Below are positions 20,208 through 29,964 of a stretch of 64,000 nucleotides of DNA, one piece after another; the first letter of the stretch is position 1, and each line of letters opens with the position of its first letter. The stretch is taken from positions 1-64,000 of the IMG/VR virus record IMGVR_UViG_3300035522_000179, one strand, 5' to 3'. The DNA comes from a virus (taxonomy: Duplodnaviria > Caudoviricetes). The position numbers and the translations under genes were made by a program. The notes beneath the pieces are model-generated. The model was not told the origin of the DNA. It saw nothing but the letters and a program-made list of their open reading frames with translations, and did not search any database.

Positions 20208-20795
20208 ATGAAAACTATAATTGCAATTATTGGGAAAACAGGGTCAGGAAAGGATACACTTGCAAACCGATTTAAAGACTTATTACATATCAACCAAGTA
20301 GTATCACATACGACAAGACCGAAAAGAAACTATGAAACAAATGGAAAAGAGCACTGGTTTGACACCAAAGAAGATTTTGATAAGTTGGTAGAAAACGAGA
20401 ATGTAATAGCTTATACGATTAATGAGAAAACCAAAATTGAATATTGTGCAGTAGAATCCGACTTAAATGAAGATATTATGGTTTATATTATTAATCCCAA
20501 CGGATTAAAATATTTAAAGGAAAAATTAGGAGACAAATACAAGATCTTTACGATCTACGTCTATGCAGAAGAAAGTACGATTAAGAAAAGATGTAAAGAC
20601 AGAGGAGATAAACTAGAGGTATTCCTAAAGAGACTGGAATCCGAAAGAAAAGAATTCGACAATTTTTACCGCAATCGAAATGCACAGATTGATGTGGTAA
20701 TTGACAATAGAGATCGAGAAGACTTTAAGACATTTATCGATAATATGGTGATTGCTATTGGTGTTATGAATGGAATTCATTCTACAGAAGTATAA
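20208..20795 (+). CDS. gmk: Guanylate kinase-like nucleoside monophosphate kinase
   Basis: P-loop GKTGSGKDT; SHTTRPKR..E.NG.EHWF. Confidence 0.85.
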   Translation: MKTIIAIIGKTGSGKDTLANRFKDLLHINQVVSHTTRPKRNYETNGKEHWFDTKEDFDKLVENENVIAYTINEKTKIEYCAVESDLNEDIMVYIINPNGLKYLKEKLGDKYKIFTIYVYAEESTIKKRCKDRGDKLEVFLKRLESERKEFDNFYRNRNAQIDVVIDNRDREDFKTFIDNMVIAIGVMNGIHSTEV

Positions 20796-20836
20796 AAATA
20801 AGAGGTTGGAAAAATCCAACCTCTTATTTTTTTTTT

Positions 20837-23623
20837 TTAAATAAACATATCGTTTACGTCAATTTCACTAAAGTGAACAACGTTATCATGGAATTTTTTC
20901 ATGTTCATTCTAGAAAGAGCATTTCCTATCTTCGAAGCGGAAAGACCAATATTGGTGTTTTCCGTTCGATAGTAAAACTCTCCACCACAAATATTACAAA
21001 GTCCTCCTTTTGCAGTTTTGATGCAAGTCATAGGAGTTCTAAGCTCTACTCTCTTCCCAATATATTTTTTGATGGTATCGTCATCCAGTAAAACTGGCTT
21101 TTTGTTTACCATGATATAGCGGTCAATGTATCGTTTATAATTTTCGTCTGTGATTTCGATAGGGATTCCCCTCTTGGTTCCGCAATCGGATCCATGCACA
21201 TCTAACCATTCTGTCTGGCATTCTGCAAGAAGTTGCTTTGCAATGTATCCAGATTCCTGAGTACCGCAAGCTTTCGGGTAAGCTCCTTCTAGAATGGTGT
21301 TTGAAGAAATAGGAATATCTTTGATTGCAAGTCCATCGTTTAAGGAGTTCTTCACGACTTCGAATTTTCCTTTTCCTCTATTATAAACAGCTCCTCTCAT
21401 CAGGGCAATATTTTTATAGTTATTACCCAAGCTACCACGAGCTCCAGAGTTATAAAGGTCCATTCCGGGATCATCCTTAAAGACTTCTTTTGTCTTTTCA
21501 ATCAAAGCTTTTTCAATCATTTCTGTAACTGCAGCATCACCAGCTGCAATTTCTTTTTCATACTTTTTAAATAATTCATCCTTTAACTTCTGAACTTCAG
21601 GATGAATCTTGATTGTACCTGGTGTAAAGGAAGGAGTAATGAGTGCATGTAACTGCATTCCTAACCAGTCTCTTGTATCTACGTAATCATACATTTGCTC
21701 TGTTGTATATTTATCAAGAAGCAGATCTCTAGCAATCTTCTTTTCGAAACCACTAAACCAACCTTCGGTGATTTCCAGATTCACATATCCAACTACAGGA
21801 GCAATTCCAGTTTTTTCACAAAGGATTTTATTAAATACAAATCTACCGACTGTTGTTTTGATAGGTTCTGTATTCTTTAAATATCCATTCTTAGGAATTG
21901 TCATAGTATCCTCTGGGTAAAACGTAGGATAATTCTTTCCATCTGGATGATCTACGCAACCGAACATATCTGTCAATACTTCAAATGTAAAATCTTCTCC
22001 TTTCATATTAAGGAGTTTTTCCGTTTCTACTGGAGTCAATGATCTATTTTTATTAGTTGGATCTTTAGTTAAGTTATAAAACGTTTGGATTACCTCGATT
22101 TCTACATATCGAATGAATTTTTCACCTGTGTTTACGAAGTATGATTTTTTATTCATTACTTCTTCACACTCTTGGTTTGCTTCTTGTGTCCATAAGATTT
22201 TTACAGTGATTTGGTCACCATCGTAGTCCCCGTCAAGACCAGGGAGATACGCGTTCGAGAACTGTGTACTATCGATAAACAAGGTAGCAATTCTCTCTTC
22301 CGGGAAACCTATTTGCACCTTTGGATAATACGGATAGATCTTTTCTCCAACTTGCATAGGAATGGTTTCTGCAGTACTAATTACTCGAATTCTTGTTACA
22401 AACACACCGAACTGGTCGATGATCGGATAACGAGTAATCAGGCAGTGTTTATCTTTTACCACATCATCGCAAGCCATGAAAAACAAATCCGTCCAGGTCA
22501 TAGGTCTTGTAGAAATCGTAGCAAGTTCATCTTTCGATGCCATATCCATTCTGGTTCCACGAAATACCAAAGCAGAATTTCTTCCGTTGGTTAACGGAAC
22601 CTCAATGATCTCAAATCGTGTTTCCGGATCGTCGATAAAGGAATCCATTTTCTTTTGTAGATAAGTATCAGTAAAGACTGCTTCTGGATTTTTAATCTCT
22701 AAGACTTCTAAAACTTTTCCAGTCTTCGGATCTACCAAATATTTTTCTTTGTTCTCTATTAGTTCTCTATCAAAGAAATTCTTAAGCCATGCCATTATAA
22801 ACGGTTGACATAAAGCAAGAATCTGATGCATCGGAACTCCAGAATATCTTAAGTTTATTTTTAGATCATCCGGTTTATTTGCATGGAATGGCGTACCAGT
22901 AATAACGGTTCTGGTACATAGATCTACGTTCTTACCCATAAGATATTTTCGGAGAAGACCATTCTTCTTCTCCAATTTATCCTTAAAGTAATCATACACA
23001 TCCACAAGAAGTTCTTGTATTGCAAATTGTGTTGAATACAAAGACCATCCAAAGGAATCGTTCTCTCTTAAAATAGAGGCAAGTCTAATTAAGTTGGAAT
23101 AAAAGTTGTTGATTTCCTGAACAGATCCTCCACCGGAACCAGAAGAGACATCTCTGTAAAATGCAGGAACTACCACAACTTTACTTAAAAAGACTTCGGA
23201 TTTCTTGGAATAATTTACAATATCAATTCGTTCATTTCTTGCAGAAGAATCAGTATATTCCCATTTGATTTTATCCCAGTTATCATAAAGAAACTGAACT
23301 CCCGTTTCTCCATGAACTTCGTCAGAGATCACAAGATGTCCATCTTGATTGATGGTATAAAACGAAGATCCATCTACGATTTTTTCTACATTTCGAAAGA
23401 ATCTTTTGATGATCTTATATACATGAGGATGAAAGAACACATGCCCTAAATCAATATAGGCAAAGGTTTGTTTTCGATCCTTTGGAGTCATTCCAAATAT
23501 TTCGGTACTAAATAACCCATTTGGGTGAGGAATATTTCCTCTTTGAAGTGTAACGGGAGAGGTTACTGGTTTTAAATGATTCATGCTAATAAACTCTTCC
23601 GTATCCAACAACTCTAGTTTCAA
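20837..23623 (-). CDS. Phage multisubunit RNA polymerase beta-prime, main part (probably the virion RNAP)
   Basis: GLFSTEIFG, LLRKYLMGKNVD, RYP, catalytic DGDYDGD, SGARGS, bridge helix ESGYIAKQL, DCGT, RTPMTC..GLCNIC, trigger helix MKKFH; late-type promoter. Confidence 0.92.
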   Translation of the reverse strand: MKLELLDTEEFISMNHLKPVTSPVTLQRGNIPHPNGLFSTEIFGMTPKDRKQTFAYIDLGHVFFHPHVYKIIKRFFRNVEKIVDGSSFYTINQDGHLVISDEVHGETGVQFLYDNWDKIKWEYTDSSARNERIDIVNYSKKSEVFLSKVVVVPAFYRDVSSGSGGGSVQEINNFYSNLIRLASILRENDSFGWSLYSTQFAIQELLVDVYDYFKDKLEKKNGLLRKYLMGKNVDLCTRTVITGTPFHANKPDDLKINLRYSGVPMHQILALCQPFIMAWLKNFFDRELIENKEKYLVDPKTGKVLEVLEIKNPEAVFTDTYLQKKMDSFIDDPETRFEIIEVPLTNGRNSALVFRGTRMDMASKDELATISTRPMTWTDLFFMACDDVVKDKHCLITRYPIIDQFGVFVTRIRVISTAETIPMQVGEKIYPYYPKVQIGFPEERIATLFIDSTQFSNAYLPGLDGDYDGDQITVKILWTQEANQECEEVMNKKSYFVNTGEKFIRYVEIEVIQTFYNLTKDPTNKNRSLTPVETEKLLNMKGEDFTFEVLTDMFGCVDHPDGKNYPTFYPEDTMTIPKNGYLKNTEPIKTTVGRFVFNKILCEKTGIAPVVGYVNLEITEGWFSGFEKKIARDLLLDKYTTEQMYDYVDTRDWLGMQLHALITPSFTPGTIKIHPEVQKLKDELFKKYEKEIAAGDAAVTEMIEKALIEKTKEVFKDDPGMDLYNSGARGSLGNNYKNIALMRGAVYNRGKGKFEVVKNSLNDGLAIKDIPISSNTILEGAYPKACGTQESGYIAKQLLAECQTEWLDVHGSDCGTKRGIPIEITDENYKRYIDRYIMVNKKPVLLDDDTIKKYIGKRVELRTPMTCIKTAKGGLCNICGGEFYYRTENTNIGLSASKIGNALSRMNMKKFHDNVVHFSEIDVNDMFI

Positions 23624-23654
23624 TGTAATACACCTACTTTCTTATAGTTTCGGA

Positions 23655-23667
23655 TTAACAGACTGTT
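23655..23667 (-). promoter_or_regulatory. Late-type promoter AACA-N6-TAA
   Basis: aacagtctgttaa on the minus strand upstream of the RNAP gene. Confidence 0.6.
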
Positions 23668-23802
23668 TTTTGCCTAAAAGATCACAGCTATGAAAAGTAA
23701 AATCGGGTAATGATATAATATTTATTTGAATCTATTGTATATAACTTCACTACAATCAGATCAGAAAAGTTCATAAAGCAAAAATACCAAGGAGGTATCG
23801 TT

Positions 23803-24297
23803 ATGCAAGTAACCGTAATTGAAGAAGAGCTTCAAGAGGTGTACGATGAAAGGGGGAGGCTGATCAAGCAGTGTGGAAACAAATGTGATTTGACCTACAC
23901 ATATTCTGAAGATGCTTTAGAGTATGTCACACTGCATGTCGGCGACCTTACAAACATCATTACGATTACTACAACTCTTGAAACAAGGAGGTTACAAGAG
24001 GCAGACATTCGTGAGAAGGAGTATAAGCATATTCATATCGAATGTTATGATCCGAAGTTCCCGAAGGATAAATTTACGGAAGATCATTGGTTGGATTCTT
24101 ACGATTTTCCGAAGTTATCTCAAAGAACCGGATTGGTTGTTCGTCGTTTGTTTAATGCCAAACTCAATACCAGCAGAGTGAGTGTACAACACGGTTGGGG
24201 ATCCAACGCAAAGATTCGTACATCCAATATTCCTGGAAGAGAGTTGGAAGACATCATGGGGGCAAGCTGGATCTTGACCTACCTCAAATATGAATAA
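23803..24297 (+). CDS. Hypothetical protein (early)
   Basis: aggagg RBS. Confidence 0.7.
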   Translation: MQVTVIEEELQEVYDERGRLIKQCGNKCDLTYTYSEDALEYVTLHVGDLTNIITITTTLETRRLQEADIREKEYKHIHIECYDPKFPKDKFTEDHWLDSYDFPKLSQRTGLVVRRLFNAKLNTSRVSVQHGWGSNAKIRTSNIPGRELEDIMGASWILTYLKYE

Positions 24298-24634
24298 GGA
24301 GAGAAAACAAATGAGAAAGAAAACAGTAATATTCATCATCGTTTTAGTTGTAATTGCAATCTTCGTTGGAGTATCCCACAAGAAAACAAATGCGGCAGTA
24401 GAACTTCCAGATGGGCTTTATAAGTTATATGGAAGCATGACTCCGAAGTATGGAGAAACGGTATGGAGTCTTTATGACAGAGCTTGTGACATTCATCCGG
24501 ATACGGCTGATTACTACACTAGGCAAGCATGGATGAAAGAAGTTCGTTCTATCAACAGTTTGGATTGGGAATATAGTATTCACGCTGGGGATAGACTTGT
24601 CTATCCTTATTACGGGATTCCGAACGATTTATAA
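24290..24634 (+). CDS. TM plus LysM-like protein (YneA-like architecture)
   Basis: N-terminal TM helix; GETVWSL...EVRSINSL...IHAGDRLVYPYY. Confidence 0.6.
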   Translation: MNKERKQMRKKTVIFIIVLVVIAIFVGVSHKKTNAAVELPDGLYKLYGSMTPKYGETVWSLYDRACDIHPDTADYYTRQAWMKEVRSINSLDWEYSIHAGDRLVYPYYGIPNDL

Positions 24635-24675
24635 AAACAAAAAGAACTTGCGAGCAAAACCCGCAAGTTCTTTTT

Positions 24676-25146
24676 TTATCTTAAAGCGTTCATTAAGTAG
24701 ATTACTTCTTCTCTTGAGATGATTCCATCATTCGCAGATTCTATTACCGCTTCCATTGCTGCTTTCATTCCTGGTTTCTTTTTAAGAAGATCTTTTGCAT
24801 GATTTGCAGTATTTGATACGCGTGTAGAAAAACGCGGATGTTGTTTTTCATACTCTTTATCGTAATCCTCTTTTTCTTTTTTCATTTTCTCTTTTGCTAT
24901 GTTATAAGCGTAGTTTCCCAAAACTCGATTATACTTTTCCTTTGGCATATCATTGTTTCGATACATCCTAGAGTATACCTCAGGGAATTTCTCACCAAAA
25001 TGATCCAGTACATCATTTGCTGTTTTTGGATCTACCTGATCATATCCAGGTAAGTTTCTATATTTATTAGGAATTTTCGTTTGAAATCCTTGATCTCTCT
25101 TTTCTTCATAACTCGGTATCAGATGACGTCTTGCCATAAATCTCAT
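24676..25146 (-). CDS. Late protein with a divergent C-terminal tag
   Basis: Ends MEAVIESANDGIISREEVIYLMNALR; AACA-N6-TAA upstream. Confidence 0.6.
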   Translation of the reverse strand: MRFMARRHLIPSYEEKRDQGFQTKIPNKYRNLPGYDQVDPKTANDVLDHFGEKFPEVYSRMYRNNDMPKEKYNRVLGNYAYNIAKEKMKKEKEDYDKEYEKQHPRFSTRVSNTANHAKDLLKKKPGMKAAMEAVIESANDGIISREEVIYLMNALR

Positions 25147-25223
25147 CCTCTTTTCTAGTAATATTTTAAAGAACTGTTTTCCATTTAGTATGATCCTGAA
25201 AGTGAAAAGTCAATATTCTCAAT

Positions 25224-25242
25224 GATATATCATTTTTGTGAA
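25224..25242 (+). promoter_or_regulatory. Early-type promoter motif
   Basis: gatatatcatttttgtgaa, identical to the minus-strand copy near 3500. Confidence 0.6.
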
Positions 25243-25385
25243 TCAGAATAAATAAAGTAATTTAATTACTCAAATCTGATTTAAAAACTTCATATAATTT
25301 ACTGTGGTCCTAGTATGAATGAACGGACGAAAGTAAGAACAAAAACATTTTAGGTGGAGATAATATCAAGAGCCTGGAGGTACTT

Positions 25386-25787
25386 ATGACAGAAATGGAA
25401 TTAAAGCATGAAACGATCGATATTATGGCTGTAATTGAAGCTCACAATAAGAAGGTTGCTCTGTATTATGGATTAGATAGTGAGGTGATTCATGCTGTAA
25501 CCGGAACAAACGTAGCAAAGGTTCAGGAACAGCCTAAGTCTAAGATTGAAGAAACAGTTGACAAGCTGAACCGTATCTGTGGGAATGAGGTGTTCTGTTC
25601 GGGAGAAGAGGTTGTGGATCGTCTTCGTGATATCGGATATGGGTTTGAAGATCTTTCAACCTTCACTGCTAAATACAAGGCAATTTTAAAGAACAAGGAC
25701 AACACGATTGGATGTCAGATGGTCTACAAGGATTCTAGCGATAAATTAAGTAGTGATCCTCGCAAGATCCTGTTCTATGCAATCTAA
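25386..25787 (+). CDS. Hypothetical early protein
   Basis: ggagg RBS; leader and first codons shared with the gene at 63435. Confidence 0.7.
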   Translation: MTEMELKHETIDIMAVIEAHNKKVALYYGLDSEVIHAVTGTNVAKVQEQPKSKIEETVDKLNRICGNEVFCSGEEVVDRLRDIGYGFEDLSTFTAKYKAILKNKDNTIGCQMVYKDSSDKLSSDPRKILFYAI

Positions 25788-25890
25788 GTCAGAAGCTACT
25801 TAGTACTCAACACAAAGAAGGAGGATACTGCATTTTATGCAGGTCCTTCTTTTTTGTATTCTTTTCTTTTTTGTATTTAACTAGAGAAAA

Positions 25891-25903
25891 AACAGTTTTT
25901 TAA
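25891..25903 (+). promoter_or_regulatory. Late-type promoter AACA-N6-TAA
   Basis: aacagttttttaa upstream of the portal gene. Confidence 0.65.
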
Positions 25904-25926
25904 TCTTTAGGGAAGGAGAAACGATA

Positions 25927-28296
25927 ATGCCTGATTTATTCAATGAAAATGAATCAGAAGAGAAAATGAGTCCTTCTGATAAAAAACGAAATGAATCAAT
26001 CATTAAAAATATAGATTCCATGTTAGATCAGATGGAGCTGTCCTTATATGGTACAACAAAAAAAGCTGATCAGGAATCATTGATTTCTCAGTTTAACACG
26101 ATTGTGAAATCACAAATGGATGGCTTAAACCATCAACAGGGAAATGATGTATCGTCCTTCATGGCAAAGCTTTATGATTCGGATAAAAAGAGATCTTGGA
26201 ATTCTCCGGATTTAGAGACCTTTTTAAACTCCGATGATGGACAGGTCATCAATTTCTTATCAGATGCTTATAAAAATGATATGGTGAAATTTCAGGATTT
26301 AAATGAGATCTGTTCCCAGCTTATCGAGTTAAATGAAGCAATCCTGGTAACACGTGATGCCATTGTATCACCAGATTTAACGGATGGTGGAGTTTCTAGA
26401 TCCTTTGAGTTTGATTCAGATGAAGATGATGAGAACTATTCTTCCAAGATCAAAAATATGGAAGAGAACTTCAAACTTCAACAGATGGTCAAAAACCATA
26501 TCATTCCAAAGACCTTAAGTTATGGTCAGTATTATGCCTATATCATCCCTTATTCAAAGATCTTTAGTGATTTTTCAAAGAAGATGAATGATCCTGTAAC
26601 AGGTAGAAGTTTTGTAGCAGATGCCATGCATTATCAAGAATCTACTCTGATGGATTTTTATGAGGAATCGGTAAAAGATCAAGTAACGAATAAGACTTCT
26701 ATGGAAGACTTAAAAGAAAACTACTTAAGAGAATGCGCAGAAGAATTTGTCTCTCAGTTTTCGGATGTGGAGATTCGTACGCTTGGAAAGTCTGTGAATG
26801 CAACAGATAAAGAAAACTTCACCGAAAAAGTAATGGATGAAATTGGGACCATCATGGATAACATTGTTGTTTATCCCGAGGATACCCCAATTCCTTTTGT
26901 TACCGAAGGAGCAGATTCTTTGGCAGAATTATTCAAGGAATTTTCTGAAAGTGGAGAAAAGAATCTTTTTACAGAAGTCACCCATATGGATAAGGGTGTT
27001 TACGATACCAAGGATTATAAGAAGAAAGTTAAAAAGACTGAAAAAGATTTCGGAAATATTACTGATTGCTATATCAAACAGGTTGATCCGATTCATATGA
27101 GACCATTAAAGATCTTAAATAGAACCATTGGATATTTTTATATTCGGGAAGAAGATATTAAACCGTCTACTGGAATTTTGAGTAGTACGATTTATTATAA
27201 TAAATACGATAAAAACGGAAGACAGAGAACGATCATCGATAACTTGGTGAATCGAATCGTTTGCTCTTTTGATAAGAAGTTTTTAAAGACCAACGCAGAT
27301 GTGAAAGAAATCATCGCAGATGCTTTGATGTATTATGATTTAAATTCTAAGAAATTGAAATTCCAATATATTCCTGTGGAATATGTTTGTGAGTTTAAAG
27401 TAAACGAAGACGAGAATAAGAATGGTGTTTCTATCGTTCAGCCGTCTTTGTTTTATGCAAAACTGTATCTCATGCTGTTGTTATTTAAGATTACCTCTAT
27501 CATTTTGTATTCCAATGATCAAAAGGTAAACTATATCAAAACTTCTGGAATTGATAAAAACATCGCAAATAAAATACAGCAAATTGCAAGGGATAAACAG
27601 AATCATCAGATCAATATCATGGATTTGATGAGTTACACTACCATGCTTCGGAAAGTGGGAAATGGTGGAGAAATGTACATCCCTACAGGAAGAAATGGAG
27701 AAAAAGGTTTCGAGACGGAAATCTTACAAGGTCAAGAGGTTCAGTTAAATAATGACTTAATGGAACTTCTTCGAAACTCCTATATCTTGGGAACTGGTGT
27801 ACCTTCTGCAATTATGAACTACTTAAATGAAGCAGACTTTGCAAAATCAATCGAAGTGGCAAACACCAGATTCCAAGGTCGTGTGATGAGTTACCAGATT
27901 GACTTTAATGAATCCATCACCAGATTCTACCAGATGGTTGCAAAGTATTCTGGAATCACCGATAACAATGGAAAAGAGATTCACTTTAAGTTTACGCTGA
28001 CTCCTCCGAAGTTTACCAATAACGTTGTAAAACAGGATGCCCTCGGAGCATTTGATGCAATGAAACAGTCTATCTTGACAACAGTACTTGGAGATCAGTG
28101 GAATAACGATCCAGTGAAGATTGAAATTGCGGAAGAACTTACCAGAAAAATCTTTACAAAATATATGCCGGCAATTGACCTGGAAGAGATTATGGGATGG
28201 AAAGATGAGATTCAGTTGAATCTGATGAAGAAGAAACTGGAACCTGAAAATAAAAATACTGATAATATTGATGACTTTGATGACGAACAAATGTAA
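25927..28296 (+). CDS. Portal protein
   Basis: LSYGQYYAYI, GFETEILQG, ILGTGVPSAIMN...DFAKSIEVANTRF, typical of T4 gp20/jumbo phage portals. Confidence 0.75.
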   Translation: MPDLFNENESEEKMSPSDKKRNESIIKNIDSMLDQMELSLYGTTKKADQESLISQFNTIVKSQMDGLNHQQGNDVSSFMAKLYDSDKKRSWNSPDLETFLNSDDGQVINFLSDAYKNDMVKFQDLNEICSQLIELNEAILVTRDAIVSPDLTDGGVSRSFEFDSDEDDENYSSKIKNMEENFKLQQMVKNHIIPKTLSYGQYYAYIIPYSKIFSDFSKKMNDPVTGRSFVADAMHYQESTLMDFYEESVKDQVTNKTSMEDLKENYLRECAEEFVSQFSDVEIRTLGKSVNATDKENFTEKVMDEIGTIMDNIVVYPEDTPIPFVTEGADSLAELFKEFSESGEKNLFTEVTHMDKGVYDTKDYKKKVKKTEKDFGNITDCYIKQVDPIHMRPLKILNRTIGYFYIREEDIKPSTGILSSTIYYNKYDKNGRQRTIIDNLVNRIVCSFDKKFLKTNADVKEIIADALMYYDLNSKKLKFQYIPVEYVCEFKVNEDENKNGVSIVQPSLFYAKLYLMLLLFKITSIILYSNDQKVNYIKTSGIDKNIANKIQQIARDKQNHQINIMDLMSYTTMLRKVGNGGEMYIPTGRNGEKGFETEILQGQEVQLNNDLMELLRNSYILGTGVPSAIMNYLNEADFAKSIEVANTRFQGRVMSYQIDFNESITRFYQMVAKYSGITDNNGKEIHFKFTLTPPKFTNNVVKQDALGAFDAMKQSILTTVLGDQWNNDPVKIEIAEELTRKIFTKYMPAIDLEEIMGWKDEIQLNLMKKKLEPENKNTDNIDDFDDEQM

Positions 28297-28400
28297 TAGA
28301 ATAATGGATAGGGAATTCGTTCTCTATCCATTATTTTCTTTCTTAATATAATGATGTAATATTTCCTTGAATAAACCGTAAATAAAGGAGGAACTACATA

Positions 28401-29075
28401 ATGCATGATGCAAGGTATTACTACGACATATGGATGAACTATGAAAACGATGCCAGAGAATCCGGTCTTCGTTATCAAGGGTTTGATATGGATTGGATCT
28501 TCCTTCGAGATCCGAACCATAAGAAGACTCTCTACTTATTGATGAAAGACGGAAGGGTTATCAAGGAAATTATCGGAAGAAAAACCAGGGAGTACCTGAT
28601 TTTAGATGAATTGAAGGGGGATACTTATGAACTGTACAGTGACATCATCGTTTATAAGTCAGGATATCTTACGTTAGATAAGAAACCGAAGATGACCATG
28701 AATACGATTTTGAAGAAGTTGTATAATCGTATTTATTCGAAACCTTTGGATACTCCTGTCAGTGGAGCAGTTACCGAGTATTTCTCTTATATGGCGAAGA
28801 ATGATATTATGGTTTCGGTTATGACCGTCCAGGGTCTTTGTGATGAAAATAAAAGCAGAGTTCATTATGGTGCAAAGATCTTTCCCTTCATAAAAGAAAT
28901 TGACCGGGATACTTCGTTGTATGCAATCTTCTATGATTATATTTCAGATGCGAAAGCGGAGAATACTTATCAGAGATGTAATGATGCCATCGAAGAATTG
29001 CAGGGGTTTTTAAAAGATGCTCAGGGAAATTCCGAGTGGAAAGGATGCAAGTTAAAGTATCCAATTCCGTTTTAA
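28401..29075 (+). CDS. Hypothetical protein
   Basis: aggagg RBS. Confidence 0.7.
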   Translation: MHDARYYYDIWMNYENDARESGLRYQGFDMDWIFLRDPNHKKTLYLLMKDGRVIKEIIGRKTREYLILDELKGDTYELYSDIIVYKSGYLTLDKKPKMTMNTILKKLYNRIYSKPLDTPVSGAVTEYFSYMAKNDIMVSVMTVQGLCDENKSRVHYGAKIFPFIKEIDRDTSLYAIFYDYISDAKAENTYQRCNDAIEELQGFLKDAQGNSEWKGCKLKYPIPF

Positions 29076-29125
29076 AGGTTTGAAAGAAGAAGTGACGAGT
29101 TTATCGTCACTTCTTCTTTTTTTTG

Positions 29126-29944
29126 TTAGGATGTCTTCAACGTACCAGTTGTGATATCGTAAGAAGTAGCCTCTGCAGTATCGTTCTTTGTGATATCCCA
29201 CTTCGGATTGAAGTCGAAGGAATCCATCAGAATCTGATACTTCTCAAGCAGCTTCTTTGCACACTGGTTGATCAAAGGAGACTCATACATGGTACAAGTA
29301 AACTCGATATCCATCTGCGCAATTTCTGCCTGACCAGACTGATAGTTCAAATGATCCATCTTGATTCTCATAGGGAAGCAGTTTGCAAACATGCAAGCAA
29401 ACTCAATTCCATCAGAGGAACCAGTTCTATCGGTCAAGCAATAAATAAACTCAGCAGAATGGTTGGACTGCTTTACCGGGAGATTTACTCCATGATAAGT
29501 AGCAAATCCAGACTGAAGGTCCATAACACCGGAAACCCACCAGTGAAGTACCTCACCGATTGGTCTACCAGAAAACTCATAGGTAGAAACAGTGAAGCTG
29601 TTGGTGTTGTTCTTTGCGATGGTAGGAATCTGGAAGGATCTTCCAACATAACCACCAGTCAAATCCGGTGCCTCTACATCAACGTCATTAATGCCGGAAA
29701 TAGCGGTGTTCGCATACTCCAAGATGTGTTTGAACTTCTTGAACTTTGACTGCATACCGGATTCTGCACAATCAATAAAACTAGGTGTTCTAGTCATGAA
29801 AAGACGCGCTTTACCACCAATGAAAGGATCATAGGAAGCTAACACGTCATGGGTTACATCCAGACCACCAAGGAACAAAGCGTACTTTGTCAGGTTTTCG
29901 TCTGTATGTGATTTAATATAAGACTGACTTGTCTTAGTAGCCAT
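29126..29944 (-). CDS. Tail tube protein
   Basis: Directly follows the sheath gene; YEFSG.PI, ACMFANCFP, MDIEFTC. Confidence 0.75.
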   Translation of the reverse strand: MATKTSQSYIKSHTDENLTKYALFLGGLDVTHDVLASYDPFIGGKARLFMTRTPSFIDCAESGMQSKFKKFKHILEYANTAISGINDVDVEAPDLTGGYVGRSFQIPTIAKNNTNSFTVSTYEFSGRPIGEVLHWWVSGVMDLQSGFATYHGVNLPVKQSNHSAEFIYCLTDRTGSSDGIEFACMFANCFPMRIKMDHLNYQSGQAEIAQMDIEFTCTMYESPLINQCAKKLLEKYQILMDSFDFNPKWDITKNDTAEATSYDITTGTLKTS

Positions 29945-29964
29945 AGCCTTTTTCTCCTTTCAAT

